A stretch of DNA of 50,586 bases, the filler included, from Jimgerdemannia flammicorona (lineage: Eukaryota): NCBI GenBank assembly GCA_003990765.1. It is 2 parts of 2 records of this genome, joined end to end, with 100 filler letters (N's around TTAATTAATTAA, not from the genome) between each part and the next. Parts side by side here need not be neighbours in the genome. Positions count along the whole stretch, not along the records: positions 25,347 to 50,586 come from RBNJ01000863.1; 1 more part is not named here. One strand, 5' to 3'. This document shows, piece after piece, positions 50,352 through 50,586 of this stretch (its first letter is position 1; each line of letters starts with the position of its first letter). Position numbers and translations under genes: made by a program. Below the pieces are notes generated by a model. That model saw nothing but the letters and a program-made list of their open reading frames with translations, did not search any database and was not told the DNA's origin.

Positions 50352-50586
50352 AACCTATAAATAGTTTAGCAGTCATAGTATAGTTAGATTAGCCTTGTAT
50401 GACGTGACTGTGAACTGACTCAGCAGTCAGATGATCTCTTGACATGTCAGATCACACTTGTACTACGTGACTGCATTCCGACTCAGCAAGGCACTTAGTG
50501 CTACATCCATATCTAGTATAGTCCAGATAGCCCCTCACTAGTATAAATACCCCCTCCCCCAGACCTCAGAATCTCAGACTCGAACA

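Larger units (their letters stand above)
48935..50586 (+). mobile_element. LTR-like segment B carrying two ORFs, running off the window
   Basis: Begins TGTAAG; 32-bp tandem repeats; ORF1 49255-49815; ORF2 49812-50351; enhancer-like repeats and TATAAATA at 50356 and 50542. Confidence 0.55.

Overview
Eukaryotic, intron-containing fungal DNA. EF-1alpha and gene style suggest an early-diverging Mucoromycota-like fungus (inference). The window is two pieces joined by an artificial spacer (44 N + TTAATTAATTAA + 44 N, 25247-25346), so they may not be neighbours. Left piece: patatin-type TAG lipase, two identical convergent tRNA-Arg(ACG) genes around an 11-kb gene-poor block (small 8-Cys ORF, triplicated gene relic), an orphan two-exon helical protein, MBF1, and the 5' half of a P2-type ATPase. 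Right piece: a hAT-like transposon end abutting a decayed Ty3/gypsy pol with a dUTPase between protease and RT, a SIP3/LAM-type BAR-PH-GRAM-StART gene, EF-1alpha with a GC-AG intron, a ZIP transporter, an F-box/LRR gene, and a nested transposon cluster. Best leads: (1) two different LTR-like segments each carry a homologous unknown ORF (ungapped 18/71 identity by eye) apparently in U3, one overlapping a second PPxY-bearing ORF by ATGA; (2) RIP-like C-to-T hypermutation confined to the repeats; (3) the dUTPase-bearing gypsy; (4) a possible alpha-pore-forming toxin. All calls are by eye; no searches were run.
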